Counted from the stretch's first letter, positions 26,602-40,927 are shown. The stretch: DNA of 64,000 nucleotides from Octopus bimaculoides (GCF_001194135.2 NC_068984.1:127019547-127083546); one strand, 5' to 3'. The notes: generated from the sequence alone by a model not told the origin. Numbers and translations: made by a program.

Positions 26602-29101
26602 CCTTGTGTTTGTCTCCACACCACCAATTGGTGTTGGTTTGTTTGTGTCTGTAAAATCCTGTCCCAAATATATCCCCATTCCAATCCATGCCAGCTTGGA
26701 AAAATGGACATTGAATGAATATATGAATGAATATATATATATATCATTATCATGTGATATGGTAAGACTGTTGAACAGGATCCACTGGGAAAATGAAAAG
26801 TTCCTCTCCAAGGTAAGCTACTTGGAGTTCAATTCTTGGTGGCATGAATCTCTTTTCATATCCTACCACTTTGGAGAATTGATTTTGTTTGGAATAGGAA
26901 TGACTGTATGGTTAAGATATTTGCTTCAAATCATTTAGTGTGGATTCAATCCCACACTTTGGCACCTTGAGCAAGTATTTTCTACCATAGCCTCTGGTTA
27001 ACCCAAACCTGTGTGTGATATTGGTTAAGTGGAAACTGTACAGATATTCATCAGACATGACTATACTTGCCCTAAGGGGGTAAACTTGACCCATTGCTTA
27101 GTTAAAAAAAATCAGGATATGGTCCTTTCCTTATTCCTTTTTGTCAGATACTTTCGAATCAAATCTCTAATATTCTGATTTGCTGTTTCCTACTGCAATA
27201 AGCTATGAGTTGTGGTTTCTTTTCCTGTCCTCAGGCCAATCCTAATGACTCTGCAAACAGATGCTGCCATTACTCCTTTCACTAAGCCAGAAAATAGAAA
27301 GTGGCTGGTATTAGGATGGGCAATCTAACCATAGGAACCATTAGAGCAAGACATGATCCTCTAACTCCAATGGATCATCATCATCATCATCATTCAATGT
27401 CCATTGTCCATGCTGGCATGGGTTGGGTGGTTTGACCAGGGCTGGCAAGCTGGGTGGGAGGGCTGCACCAGACTCCAGTCTGAGTTGGCATGGTTTCTAC
27501 ACCTGGATGCTCTTCTTAATGCCAATCACTTTACAGAGTGTCCTGGATGCTTTTACGTGGCACCACATGAGTGCTTTTATGTGGTGTCACATGGGTGCTT
27601 TTACTTGACACTGCATGGGCACTAAGAAATCTCAAAGAGCAGAGATAGTCTGTGGCTGTGACAGCATGAGACAACATTTATGGACGGTGTTCATAAGAAT
27701 TTGAGAAATAACAATTTCAGATTCTTTGATCAACCCAGGTGGTCTTTGTTGGTGTCTTAATGTCTGATTCTGAAGTCATAAAACTGATAACAGGATTGTG
27801 ATAAATCTTACAATTTTTACTTGTTTCTGTCATTGGACTGCAGGCATGATAGGGCATCACCTTGAAGAAGGGGATTTTAATCGGACAAATCAATTCTAAT
27901 CCTTCCTTTTTTATTTTTCTTATCTGATAGTTATTTTATCAATCTTTTTTGCTGAACTGCTAAGTTATGAGGACGTAAACAAGCCAACTCTGGTTGTCAA
28001 GTGGTGTTAGGGTAAGGTGACAAACACAGACACAAAGGCACACACATTCACATGTGATGGACTTCCAGACAGCTTACATCTACAAAATTCCTTCACATGG
28101 CATTGGTCAGTCCAGGGCTATAGTAGAAGACACTTGCCCATGATGCTGTGCACTGGAATGAAATTTGAAACCATGTAGCTATAAAGCAAGTTTGTTAACT
28201 ACCTAGCCATGCTTGCACTTATATATATGTAATTTGATAGGACCAAAGACTAAGTCAGCCTTGGTGGAGTTTGAACTAAGGACAGATGAAATGTGGCTAA
28301 GCATTTTGCCCAGTGTGCTAATGATTCTGCCATCTTGGCATCTTACTTTCACTTTATGTCACATTGAGAACTGAAAGCAGTGCTGGGTGTGTTTTCTCTA
28401 ATTGGAATTTCTCACACACTTACCTTCTTCACTTATTCTAACTATTTCTCAGTTTGTTTCTCTTCTCCTTTCTCTTCTTTCCACCTCTCTCTCTCTCTCT
28501 CTCTTACTCTCCCCTTACAACTCCTTATTCACCTACTTCCTTCTCTCTTTCTCTGACTTTTTCCCCTCTCTCATCATATCTTTTATTCTCTCATAATCCT
28601 CTTCTCTCCCCTTCTCCATCTCTCCCTCACATTATCCTACCAATCCTCATCCCTCTTCTCATTTAAACACTATTTTATAAAATATATATCATCATGATTA
28701 AGAGTCAGTATTTATATTGAGTCTATATTTAGTGTAGAAAATATAAAAATATTATAGTAATTGATTCTCCATTGTAGAAAATCGTACAATGAAGACATTA
28801 GATTTACTTAAAAACTGATTTCTTTTTAACTGATGATTTTATCTAACTGAACATATTCTGGTTAGTTGTTAGTAAGTACATCAAACTGTCTACTAGCTAA
28901 TTAAACTGATTCAATTAAAAAAAGACTATCATTAATGACACCAGTTTAGTTAAGAATAATTAATTAAAGAGCTTTGCCTTTCATTGTTTCAAGGTCAATA
29001 AAATAAAGTGCTAGCCAAGTACTGAGGTTTATTTAATTGCTAACCTCTGCCCCATAAAACATCAGGTCTTGTACTTATATCAGAAACAATTATTAATCTT
29101 T

Positions 29102-29320
29102 ACTCTTTACTCTTTTACTTGTTTCAGTCATTTGACTGCAGCCATACTGGAGCACTGCCTTTAGTCGAGCAAATCGACCCCAGGACTTATTCTTTGTAAG
29201 CTTAGTACTTATTCTATTGGTCTCTTTTGCCGAACCACTAAGTTACAGGGACGTAAGCACACCAGCATCGGTTGTCAATTGTCAAGCGATGGTGGGGGGG
29301 GGGGGAACAAACAGACACAA
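29102..29320 (-). mobile_element. SINE family A, 3' half
   Basis: Near-identical to the 3' half of the 22937 copy. Confidence 0.85.
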
Positions 29321-31238
29321 GAAATGTCACTAAGAATTTTATCCAGAGTGGTTACAATCCTTTCAGTTGGCTAATATTACAACTCTCAAAGGTCCCTTAC
29401 AATGTTCTTAGAGATGTTACCACCATTATTTTTCATGCTGTTATAACTCTTGGTGATGCTGTTCCATTGGTAATGTTGTGGTTGTTGCTGTTATATTTCT
29501 ATTTTTTGTTACTGGTGTTAATGGAGGAGTGCACATTCTTCTCTTTGCCTCAAGGCAGAAAAACCCTGAAATGTTTTGCGCTCCACAACAGTTGGTATAC
29601 TTCAACCCTCTGTCTTCTTCTCCACCAAAATACAAACTTACACCATACTCCTGAACCAATTGGCATCTAGGACCCTTACCAGGTCTGCAAATTTGTTGGA
29701 GACAATAGCTTGAAAATTATCCTCAGTGATTGAAGATGGTCTGGTATTGATCTCTGTGCCATACTCATATGGAAGGGTTATTCAACTTGGTTCCACAATA
29801 TCCCTTTCATACTTCTGGTGTTTAGCCATCAATTGTTAAGGTTCCAATTTTTATTTTCAACCAGCATCCAGAATTAAACATATTTTTCTTCCGTTTTTAA
29901 GGAAAATTTGTAGCTGTTTTATTAATGCACGTCATCAATGAGGTTGTGAAAGGCTATGAAAGGACTTTGACAAACCAAGCAGATTGATTGATTAACTGAA
30001 TGATTAACCAAACAATCAATTAATTAATTGGTTACATGGCCAGCCAATTGACTAATAATAATAAAGAAGTGAAATAGCAACAGTGTGTGTTTATTATTGA
30101 CATAATGACCCTCCAATGATACTACAAAATTTATAGCTCTTGTAATTTATATTATTAGCAGTGATGTTATTTAAGTTGTTTTTGTTGTTGTTATTATAGC
30201 TGTTGATACTTCTGTTGGTGGTTTTGTATTTCACATCTGCTTCTGATACCAGTGGCTGCAACAGCCTTAGCAATATTGATGTCTGGTGGCGGTGGTGGTG
30301 GTGATGGTGGTATTGGTGGCAGTGGTATTGTTGGTGGCAGTAGTGGTATTGTTGGCAGTGGTGGTAGTGGTAGTAGAAATTTGTGGTAGTGGTGGTGGTG
30401 GTGCTGGCGAAGTTGTCATTTGTTGGCATGCCAATCTCTTGCAACCATTTTATTCCTATGCTACACATTGTAGCCACCATCTTCAACATCANNNNNNNNN
30501 NNNNNNNNNNNNNNNNNNNNNNNNNNNNNNNNNNNNNNNNNNNNNNNNNNNNNNNNNNNNNNNNNNNNNNNNNNNNNNNNNNNNNNNNNNNNNNNNNNNN
30601 NNNNNNNNNNNNNNNNNNNNNNNNNNNNNNNNNNNNNNNNNNNNNNNNNNNNNNNNNNNNNNNNNNNNNNNNNNNNNNNNNNNNNNNNNNNNNNNNNNNN
30701 NNNNNNNNNNNNNNNNNNNNNNNNNNNNNNNNNNNNNGTGGTGATGGGGGGTGGGGGTGGGGGTGGAGAGGCTGACAGTCGTAATGTCATTGCCACTTCC
30801 ACAGACTGCTGGAATAAATGGGAAAAGTCACAGGTTTTCTCCTTCCTTAGTTTTACTGAAGGAGGTGTCCATGTCACATCTCTACCTTCGTAATGTTGTT
30901 TGCCCTTCTTTTTACTCTCTTGGACATCAGTATCAACAAAACAATGTCATATCAGAATTTTGGTTTTGCTTTTTTAATGTTAATTTCCATAGACTGAAAA
31001 TGTATGGCCCCATAGGAACTGAAAGAGTTGACCAATTAGTGTGTTACACTGCTGGTTAGTTCCACAACAAAGCAGAACACATTAATGGAAAGCATAACTA
31101 GTTGGACTGGGAAAAGACGATAACAATTATAACAGTCTCACTGAATGTTACCAAAATCACTTAATGCTCATAATGATGATGGTGATGATAACAATTTCTT
31201 TTATTTGCTATAAGGATGTCAGATGAAGAGGACATTAC

Positions 31239-31244
<6 letters not shown>

Positions 31245-31297
<53 letters not shown>

Positions 31298-31320
31298 TTA
31301 TAATAATTATAATAATAATA
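31245..31320. repeat. (AAT)n microsatellite
   Basis: Direct inspection. Confidence 0.95.
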
Positions 31321-31789
31321 TGTCCTGATGCAGTACCAGGTAGTGGCTTTCATGGCTTCTCATCTTAACTGATTGGAAGTGTTATCATGTACATTGTTTT
31401 GTCTTGGTATAATAGATGGGCTACAACAAATATTCTGCTTAATACCACAGATTTGCTGTCAGTTGTTTGACCTTAACCAGTTGAGCATGTCCTTTGGTGG
31501 CTGACGATCTCTGATCATGAGCAGAAGTAGTGGGGCTGCATCATAACCATGTGTTGAGAGGAATTCTTTGGGGTTTGGATAATTCACCTCTGGAAACATG
31601 GGTGTTTTGTTCAACATCTTTAAACAACCCTTATTCAGGGACCTTTTGAGCAGGATGGGCTACTTGACCTGAAGAAAATTCTAACTGGGCCCCCAACTGC
31701 AAGGTCATGCGCTGTTTATCTTGATATGAGATCACCATGTCATGCACACATGGTTGTGATGCATGTGCCTGGTGTACTCTTATTTCTTT

Positions 31790-32013
31790 TTTTATTTTTT
31801 TATTGCCCACAAGGGGCTAAACACAGAGGGGACAAACAAAGACAGACAAAGGGACTAAGTTGATTACATCGACAGCAGTGCATAACTGGTACTTTATTTA
31901 TCGACCCCGAAAGGATGAAAGGCAAAGTCGACCTCGGCGGAATTTGAACTCAGAACGTAGCGGCAGATGAAATACTGCTAAGCATTTCGCCCGGCATGCT
32001 AACGTTTTTGCCA
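31790..32013 (-). mobile_element. SINE family B inserted in an older interspersed repeat (about 31322-32105)
   Basis: ATTGCCCACAAGGGGCTAAAC...AAAGTCGACCTCGGCGGAATTTGAACTCAGAACG...GCTAACGTTTTTGCC. Confidence 0.85.
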
Positions 32014-32176
32014 GGTAGTCATGATGGGTATACTGGGCTTTGTATATTTGTACCCAAGTGTCCCTTTGATGGCATGCACTGCTCTCTCACTCAATAATAA
32101 TAATAATGATAATATTAATGATAATAATATGGAGGACTTTCCTATTCAAACAGACAAGAAGTTAGAAAATAATAGA

Positions 32177-32610
32177 CCAGGCGCAGGAGTAGCTGTGTGG
32201 TAAGTAGCTTNNNNNNNNNNNNNNNNNNNNNNNNNNNNNNNNNNNNNNNNNNNNNNNNNNNNNNNNNNNNNNNNNNNNNNNNNNNNNNNNNNNNNNNNNN
32301 NNNNNNNNNNNNNNNNNNNNNNNNNNNNNNNNNNNNNNNNNNNNNNNNNNNNNNNNNNNNNNNNNNNNNNNNNNNNNNNNNNNNNNNNNNNNNNNNNNNN
32401 NNNNNNNNNNNNNNNNNNNNNNNNNNNNNNNNNNNNNNNNNNNNNNNNNNNNNNNNNNNNNNNNNNNNNNNNNNNNTATATATATGTATGTGTGTGTATA
32501 TGTTTGTGTGTCTGTGTTTGTCCCCCCAACATGGCTTGACAACCGATGGTGGTGTGTTTACATCCCCGTAACTTAGCGGTTCGGCAAAAGAGACCGATAG
32601 AATAAGAGTG
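32177..32610 (+). mobile_element. SINE family A (spans an N gap)
   Basis: Head CAGGCGCAGGAGTAGCTGTGTGGTAAG; after the gap, CCCCCCAACATGGCTTGACAACCGATG...GAGACCGATAGAATAAG. Confidence 0.85.
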
Positions 32611-33079
32611 TCTCTGTCTTATAATGATTTTTTTTTCTACCTTATTATCCTTTCTTGAGTTCGTTTTCATGTTTGAAGATTAAACCTTTAATATTTAAAT
32701 GTCTGTCTAATGTAATGCTTATTCATTCATATCATTTTGAATTAATCATGCATTATCTCATAACCTTGAGATTTTGAAGATGTGATTGTTTATTTTTAGA
32801 GTGACATTGTAGGGTAGGTGTGAGAGGTTGGCTCTGACTAGTTTCAACATAAGACACAATCCGGATATGGCTGGTTTAAATGCTATAGGGTTATGTGGCT
32901 GTTTTCTTTTAAAATGTCTTATTCATTGCAGAACCCTTTCTTGTTTCTAGTTATTATCTTGTAGTAGGGGATATATTGAAAACTAAAACAGATTGTTTAC
33001 CTCATCCATTGTGGTATATATGCAGACTTTCTCACATCCCCTGATTGTAAAATAAATAATGGAAACCATATATATTAGA

Positions 33080-33300
33080 CATGAGTGGGTGCTGAAAAGT
33101 TCCTGACTTTAAGGGTATTGTGAAAGGTCTGGTTGGAGGCCCAACCTTCTGAATTCCTTTACAGGGTTTTGAAAAACTGAAGAACTGCTGTAATATGTGT
33201 GTGAATCTGAGAGGGGAATATGTTAAATAAAATCGTAATTAATTCATCCCCCTGTATTTTCTTTTACACAAAGCCAGGAACTTTTCAGCACACCCTCATA
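33080..33300 (+). mobile_element. Mariner-derived MITE (about 220 bp) with about 31-bp TIRs
   Basis: Left CATGAGTGGGTGCTGAAAAGTTCCTGACTTT versus right AAAGCCAGGAACTTTTCAGCACACCCTCATA; the interior keeps a transposase C-terminus LQGFEKLKNCCNMCVNLRGEYVK*. Confidence 0.85.
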
Positions 33301-33720
33301 TACTCTTTTACTCTTTTACTTGTTTCAGTCATTTAACTGTGGCCATGCTGGAGCACCGCCTTTAGTCGAGCAAATCGACCCCAGGACTTATTCTTTGTAA
33401 GCCTAGTACTTATTCTATCGGTCTCTTTTTGCCGAACCGCTAAGTGACGGGGACACAAACACACCAGCATCGGTTGTCAAGCAATGCTAGGGGGACAAAC
33501 ACATACACACAAACATACACAAACACATCACATACATATATATATATACATATATACGACGGGCTTCTTTCAGTTTCCGTCTACCAAATCCACTCACAAG
33601 GCTTTGGTCGGCCCGAGGCTATAGTAGAAGACACTTGCCTAAGGTGCCACGCAGTGGGACTGAACTTGAAACCATGTTGTTGATAAGCAAGCTACTTACT
33701 ACACTGCCACTCTTGCGCCT
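33301..33720 (-). mobile_element. SINE family A, full length
   Basis: Matches the 22937-23350 copy over its whole length. Confidence 0.92.
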
Positions 33721-34343
33721 ATACTATTGAAAAATGATAAAACTACTAAAGTGAATATAATAATATAAGTCGGTTTTAAGTAGTTGTTATAAGACTACCA
33801 TACTAAAATTGTTTTAGTTTCCACATTCATAATCAGAGATTAAATCTGTTGCCAAACAAGCACAGTACAGAAATATTAAGCAAATTTATTAAATCCTTAT
33901 TTGGTGGCCTGTGTGCATGTGTGCTAAATCTATCACACACTGAATATACATAGAATCTGAAGTATATATATCTATAGAGACAGTAATATAGTCTGCATCT
34001 GTTGAGCTTAGATGAACTAGAATTTATACTGCATTAAGATTTGGCTTGGATATAAGTGGAAGATACTACCACCATCACCACCACCACTACCACTGGTTTA
34101 ACATCCACTTTTCCATATTTACATGGGTTGAATGGTATTGTTGAGGCTAGTTTTGTACAGCTGGAAGCCCTTCCCATTGTTAACCCTCGCATGTTTCCAA
34201 GCTAGGTAATATTTCCCCATGGCCAGACATGTTTACACAAAAGACTGGAAATAGACACCTCTTATTTGATGTCAACGCTCATTTACAACTATCACTCACT
34301 GTCAAGGCAAGGACACAGTAACACACACACACACACACACACA

Positions 34344-34376
<33 letters not shown>

Positions 34377-34779
34377 ACATACATACATACATATATATAT
34401 ACCAATCATCATCCTCATCATCACCATTTAATATCTGCTTTCCACACTGCCATGGGTTAGCTGGTTTGACTGGAACTGGTGAACCAGAGAGCTGCACCAG
34501 GTTCCAGTCTGATCTGGCATGGGTTCTATGGTTAGATGCCCTTTCTAACAGCAACAACTCAAAAGTGTAATGAGTCTTTTTGCACTGGTCATGACTAGGA
34601 TTTCACTTGGCTTGATGAGTCTTTTCAAGCACTGCATATATATATATATATATATATTTGAGCATTGGGCCTCATGGAGGCAAAATTGCAGGGTTCCTTT
34701 CGAGTGTTGAGTTTCATGAATGCAAGGTGAGCTGAGTTCCTTTTGAGTGTTGGGCCTCATGGAGGCAAAGTGGGTGAGT

Positions 34780-35080
34780 TCCTTATGAAGGCAATGACCA
34801 AGACCTTTGGCATTATGTCATGCTTGAGAAGACCCATCAAGCCGAGCACAATCACATTCGTGGCAGATACCAGTGTCATGCAAATTGGCACCTGTGCCGG
34901 TGGCATGTAAACACACCCATTACACTCTCAGAGTGGTTGGTGTTAGGAAGGGCATCCAGCTGTAGAAACCTTGCCAGAACAGATTGGAGCCTGGTACAGC
35001 CTTCTGGCTAGCCAGTCCTCAGTCAAACCATCCAACCCATGCCAGCATGGAAAGCAGACATTAAACAATGATGATGATGA
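34780..35080 (+). mobile_element. RTE LINE 3' UTR copy; an inverted partial copy lies at about 34410-34700
   Basis: AGGAAGGGCATCCAGCTGTAGAAAC...CATCCAACCCATGCCAGCATGGAAAGCAGACATTAAAC-(GAT)n. Confidence 0.8.
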
Positions 35081-35296
35081 TGAATATATATNNNNNNNNN
35101 NNNNNNNNNNNNNNNNNNNNNNNNNNNNNNNNNNNNNNNNNNNNNNNNNNNNNNNNNNNNNNNNNNNNNNNNNNNNNNNNNNNNNNNNNNNNNNNNNNNN
35201 NNNNNNNNNNNNNNNNNNNNNNNNNNNNNNNNNNNNNNNNNNNNNNNNNNNNNNNNNNNNNNNNNNNNNNNNATATAAAAGAATATAGATATATAA

Positions 35297-35341
<45 letters not shown>

Positions 35342-35643
35342 TAATAGACACAGAAACTGAGAGACAGAGACAGACTGACTTACAGGCAGGCAGGTATGTA
35401 GGTAAGTAGACAGAGGTGTGTGTTCGTGTGAAATGTGTGAAATGATGAAGCAGATGACTTAGTGAATGTGCGAAATACTGTAATAAACCATCAATCAATC
35501 AATCGACTAATTATGCTGTATCAGTCAATTAAGGTAATTGCTAAACAATCTCAGCTTTGTCTACCAACCGCTGATCGTCTTTGCTGCTGCTGCTGCTGCT
35601 TAAAGTACAGTCCTTTCCTTCCTCCTCCTCACCATCATCACTG

Positions 35644-35680
<37 letters not shown>

Positions 35681-36226
35681 TATTATCATCAACACCACCA
35701 CCACCACCACCATTGTCATGATCATCAGTATCATCATAATCAGTAGTATTAGCTATCACCTTTTGCTACTTAATATGCTAGAAACAACAGCCATGTTTCT
35801 CCTAAACCACAATCTCCCCAACCTCATAATTAGCATTAATGAAAAACACATTGGATAATGGTAAACCTGAGGGGTTGCATTAAAAGATTGGATGGCCATG
35901 CCTGGAATCGGGTTTTATCTGAATTTAAGCACTATCATCATCACCACCACCATCATCATCTCATTATCTTGAGTTTCATCCTTGCTATTATCATTGCTAT
36001 CACCATCATTACCATTGATGACATCATCAATATTATCCTCATTCACCAATCATCATAATTGCCATTTCATTTTTTGGCATGGCTGTGTGGTTAAGAAGCT
36101 CCCTTTGCAACCATATGGTTTCAGGTTCAGTCCTGTTGTGCACTACCTTAGGCAAGTTCTGCTACTACAGTCCGACCAAAGTCTTGTGAGTGAATTTGAT
36201 AGACAGAAACTGAGAGAAACCCATTT

Positions 36227-36261
<35 letters not shown>

Positions 36262-36317
36262 CTATATATATATACATATATATATACACACATATATATT
36301 TGTTTATTTATATATTT

Positions 36318-36353
<36 letters not shown>

Positions 36354-36658
36354 TTTTATTCTTTTGCTTGTTTGACTGTGGCCATGCTGGAGCACCACCT
36401 TTAGTTGAACAATTCGACTCCAGGACTTATTTATACTATTAGTCCCTTTTACCGAACTGCTAAGTTACAGGGACGTAAACATACCAACATCGGTTGTCAA
36501 ACGATGGTGTTGAGGACAAACACAGACACACACACAAATACAAACATATATACATACATATATATATACATACATATATATANNNNNNNNNNNNNNNNNN
36601 NNNNNNNNNNNNNNNNNNNNNNNNNNNNNNNNNNNNNNNNNNNNNNNNNNNNNNNNNN

Positions 36659-36693
<35 letters not shown>

Positions 36694-37057
36694 TATATAT
36701 ATATAGACTAGCAGTATAACCCGACGTTGTCCGGGTGTGACTTATTACGCCATCTACAATAAGTCTTTGCCAGCTAGTTCCAGCCTCTCACATCTATCCT
36801 ATTTTCTTATTCTATAAATAAACAATCACATCATCAAAATCTCAAAGCTACTAGATAATGCATGGTTAATTTAAAACAGTATGAATAATTAAACATTATA
36901 TTTGACAGAGTCATCTGAATGCTAAAGTGTTAATACAGTGATTATGGAAAAGCTAATTAAAAGTAATTAAGCTCTGAGGACAGTACAACAATTAAATGTT
37001 TACTCATGTACAATATGGTACATCTATTTACAAATTTTCTCTTCTCTGTTTTTGTGA

Positions 37058-37675
37058 ATATGATGAAGTCTATGGTTTGCTGAAGATATCTAATAAGATC
37101 AAAACATGTACAGAGTTGTCTCCCTTTGTCTGAATAATTAAAACGTTAGCTATTCAACATGGTTGTGTGGTAAGAAGTTTTCTTCACAACTACATGGTTC
37201 TGGTTTCAGTCCCAGTGCATAGCATCTTAAACAAATCTCTTCTAGTATAGCCCCAAGCCAACCAAAGGTTTCTACATGGATTTTGTCAACAGAAATTGAA
37301 AGAAGCATGTTGTGTGCGTGTGTGTGTGTGTTGTGTTTGTGATTGTCCCCACTACCTCTTGACAGTGTCCTAATAACAGTGGTTTGGCGAAAAGAAACTA
37401 ATAGAATAAGTACCAGACATAGAAAACAAAACAAATGTACTGTGGGGTGGGTTTCTTTGATAAAACCCATCAAAGCAATGCCCCAGCATGGCCATTGTCC
37501 AATTGACTCAAACTAGTAAGAAAGATAAGCTATATTTCGTATGTATATCTACTTAGTATTATATTTATTTTAGTAAGTGCAGTGAAGTCTTTGCTTTGCT
37601 GATGATGTCTAATAAGACCAACACATGTCCAGAGTTGTCTCCCCTTGTCTAAATATTCAAAACTCTAGCCATTGA
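37058..37675 (+). repeat. About 100-bp direct repeat pair (37058-37158 and 37579-37675), each with a degenerate hammerhead-like motif, separated by a SINE
   Basis: TGAAGTCT..TTTGCTGAWGATRTCTAATAAGAYCAAMACATGTMCAGAGTTGTCTCCC occurs twice. Confidence 0.75.
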
Positions 37676-39117
37676 ACAAGTGTTTTTCTTTTTAAAGTTC
37701 TTTGCATTAAAAATGTTAACATCAACTTAATTATTTCTTTTCATGCCGAATACATCTCAAAGTAATTTCCATAAGTGATTTATATTTTGAATTGGATATA
37801 CAGCTATGGAATTACATTTCCATAATTGATAAAGAACCAATGGAAATTAGAAAAATAAAAATACATATAACATTTGCTGCTAACCCAGTAAATAAGTCCA
37901 TCATTAACTTAATATGGCTGTCTTTAGAGAAAGATAAATTTAAATCATCCACTAATGTAACAATAATTGTACAAACATGAGTGAACTAATGGACAAAACT
38001 GCTAGAAGGAATAATTTTAGTTTTACTTATAAAAGTTCTTTGTTAGAATCTATGTTGGAATCCATATTAGATGTGTATTATACTGGGACATATTTAACAC
38101 AACCCTTTACCATTCAGATTACTCTGTCAAATATAATGCTTATATTAATCACACTGTTTTGAATTAATCATGCATTATCTCTTGGTTTTGAGATTTTGAT
38201 GATGTGACATCAGCAGGAATTGAACTTATGCATTATAATTTGAGTTGAGAAAGTATCAAAAGGCGAAAGACTTGTCCAAGTTCGTCAGATACATCATCAC
38301 TTTCACTATCAATCACTATCAGATGCGGCAACAAACTGGTGCTCTGTCAGTTAGTTTTAGGACAACATTGCAGGGTAGGTGTGAAAGGCTTGATCAATCC
38401 TGTCTGAACAACAAAGCAGAGAAGATATTTTGGCCAGAAATGGTTGGTTTAAATACTAAAGGATTGAGAAACGCATGGTGATCAAACCAATTAGAAAGTA
38501 ACAGGAATGAGGTTTCCTTTATGCTTTTATTTCTTACAGTCATTGGTCTGTGATCAAAGTGGGGTGTTGACTTGAAGGGTTTTAATTGATCATACTGACG
38601 CCAGTACTTATTTTTAAATATAGGGCTCTAGTATTTTTCTTATATTTTTTATTTGTCAAACTGTTAAGTTATACACAAAAACACAACATATGGTTTTCCA
38701 AGTGGTTTTAACATTTACACAAACGTACATATATGTAAACACAAATAAATACACAATCACTTGCACACATACATTCACATGCATATGCATACACACACAC
38801 ACAGACAAACACATGCAGACACACACATACACACCTTGCTTTAAATCACCGTCATTTCTCTTATTCTCCCTGTTTGGCACAGGTACTCTTCAGTCTTGCA
38901 AGTTACAAGGTAACAACTTCTCTGGTGCTGCTACTCACAGTAAAACATTCGGTCCATTCTGAAAATTGGTTTGGTGTTAGGAAGGACATCCAGCCATAGA
39001 AACCTTGCCAACACTGAGACATTGAAGCAAGTTAGCATCTGCAAACCACTTGGATCCTGTCCAACTGTCCAACTCATGCCAGCATGGAAAGTAGACAAAA
39101 GACGATGATGATCACAC

Positions 39118-39166
<49 letters not shown>

Positions 39167-39329
39167 CACGCGCACACATACATATGCACACAAATATATA
39201 CGTACATATATACATACATATATATATATGTATGTATATATANNNNNNNNNNNNNNNNNNNNNNNNNNNNNNNNNNNNNNNNNNNNNNNNNNNNNNNNNN
39301 NNNATATATATATATATACATATACACAC

Positions 39330-39885
39330 GTATATAGAAACTCCATAAGGTGTACCCAGCTGTGGATGCATAAGAGGTGTAGCAACATCAAAGGAAGATT
39401 AACTCAGAAGATAGCTTTTGTGTGCGGCAGATGCAGAAGGGCAGTAAACACCAGAGATGCTCAGAAAACAGATTCCATCACATGCCAGGGGAAAAACTAG
39501 AAGAAGTTGATACCTTCTGCTACCTAGGTGACCAAGTCTGTAATGGGGTTGGATGCTCAGAGAGCATTACCCCTAGAATAAGAATTGCCTGGGCAAAGTT
39601 CAGACAGCTTCTACCCCTACTGGTAACAAAAAGCCTTGCGCTCAGAGTGAAAGGTAGATTGTACAATGATGTGTGTGAACTGCCACGCTTCACGGCAGTG
39701 AAACATGGGCTGTAACTGCTGAAGACATGCGTAGGTTTGAAAGAAATGAAGCTAGCATGATCCGCTGGATGTGTAATGTCAGTGTGCACACACAACAGAG
39801 GAATGTTGGACATAAGAAGCATCAGACGTGGCGTACAAGAGAGACGTTTTTCGTTGGTATGGTCATGTACTATGGATTGTCATGT
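39330..39885 (+). mobile_element. RTE-clade LINE ORF2 fragment
   Basis: SIRCTQLWMHKRCSNIKGRL..FVCGRC, LEEVDTFCYLGD, RIRIAWAKFRQLLPLL, HGSETWAV, RNEASMIRWMCNV. Confidence 0.88.
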
Positions 39886-40129
39886 ATTATGGATGGATGG
39901 GGAGAGCTACATATATACATTATCAAAGAATGTATATATGTATTTTAATACTTCTGTGACAACCAGTACTTAACACAATAAAGCTTATACAAAGCTTTAC
40001 ATTTTACTTTTGACAATCTTTTTCTAAAAAAGTGAAACCGGTCAAGTGAATAAACATCTTCAAAAATTGCATTTTCAAACCTTCTTTCATATATATTTCC
40101 ACTTGTGTGGTATCTTACAACTTTACTTT

Positions 40130-40162
<33 letters not shown>

Positions 40163-40927
40163 CATAGAAAAGTTGACAGTGACTTCAAAGTTTCAGCTTG
40201 TTTGTCTTCATCAGGTTGTCTGACAAACACATGCAAGCTGAAACTTTGAAGTTCTTTGTAAAAATTTGATAAGCATAATTTGAGTTTATTCTGCTTTTGT
40301 GACACCACTGCAACCAGCACATAATTTATGCACTATCTCTATATACTCCTGACAAGTAGATTCAACTTTGTTTTCTAAGTGACATGAGTACATGACATTG
40401 ATAAGCTGCAATTACAGTGAAATACATATCTGCCATTCATGAATTTGTTTTACTTAACTCTGAAGTATATTATGTATTAATACGGTATGTCTTTAAAGGG
40501 ATTTTTTCCAGACGATAAACCTCAGCTTCTGGTTGTTTAAACAACACACATACATTAAGTATGTTGTATTGGTAATGTTTTTATCATAGAGCTGCTTCTG
40601 TTGCATAATTCAAATTCATTCTGCTTATGCAGTGCCATTGCAAACTAGAAGATAATTTATACTTTATTTGTATGTACTTCTGGCTAGTTGATTCAATTTT
40701 GTTTTAGTTTAGAAGTGAGAAGAGTGTGTGATATTGAATATCCACAACTACAGCAAAATACATATCTGTCACTCTTGTTATCACTTCCAGGCAATTTTCT
40801 TTCACCTAACTCTGAAGTATATTGAGTTTTTTTTTTTTAACATTATTTGTGTTTAAATGGATTTTTCCCAGACAAAAATGAAACAACTTCTGGCATTTAA
40901 ACATCATACATGTTTACATATACATAT

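Noticed and set aside
29600-29870. Minus-strand protein-like frame (ITLPYEYGTEINTRPSS...DANWFRSM) ending near a GTAAGT donor-like site
   Set aside because: There are flanking in-frame stops and no good acceptor. Nearby LKIKIGTL and VCILVEKK motifs suggest a decayed LINE endonuclease rather than a nested gene.
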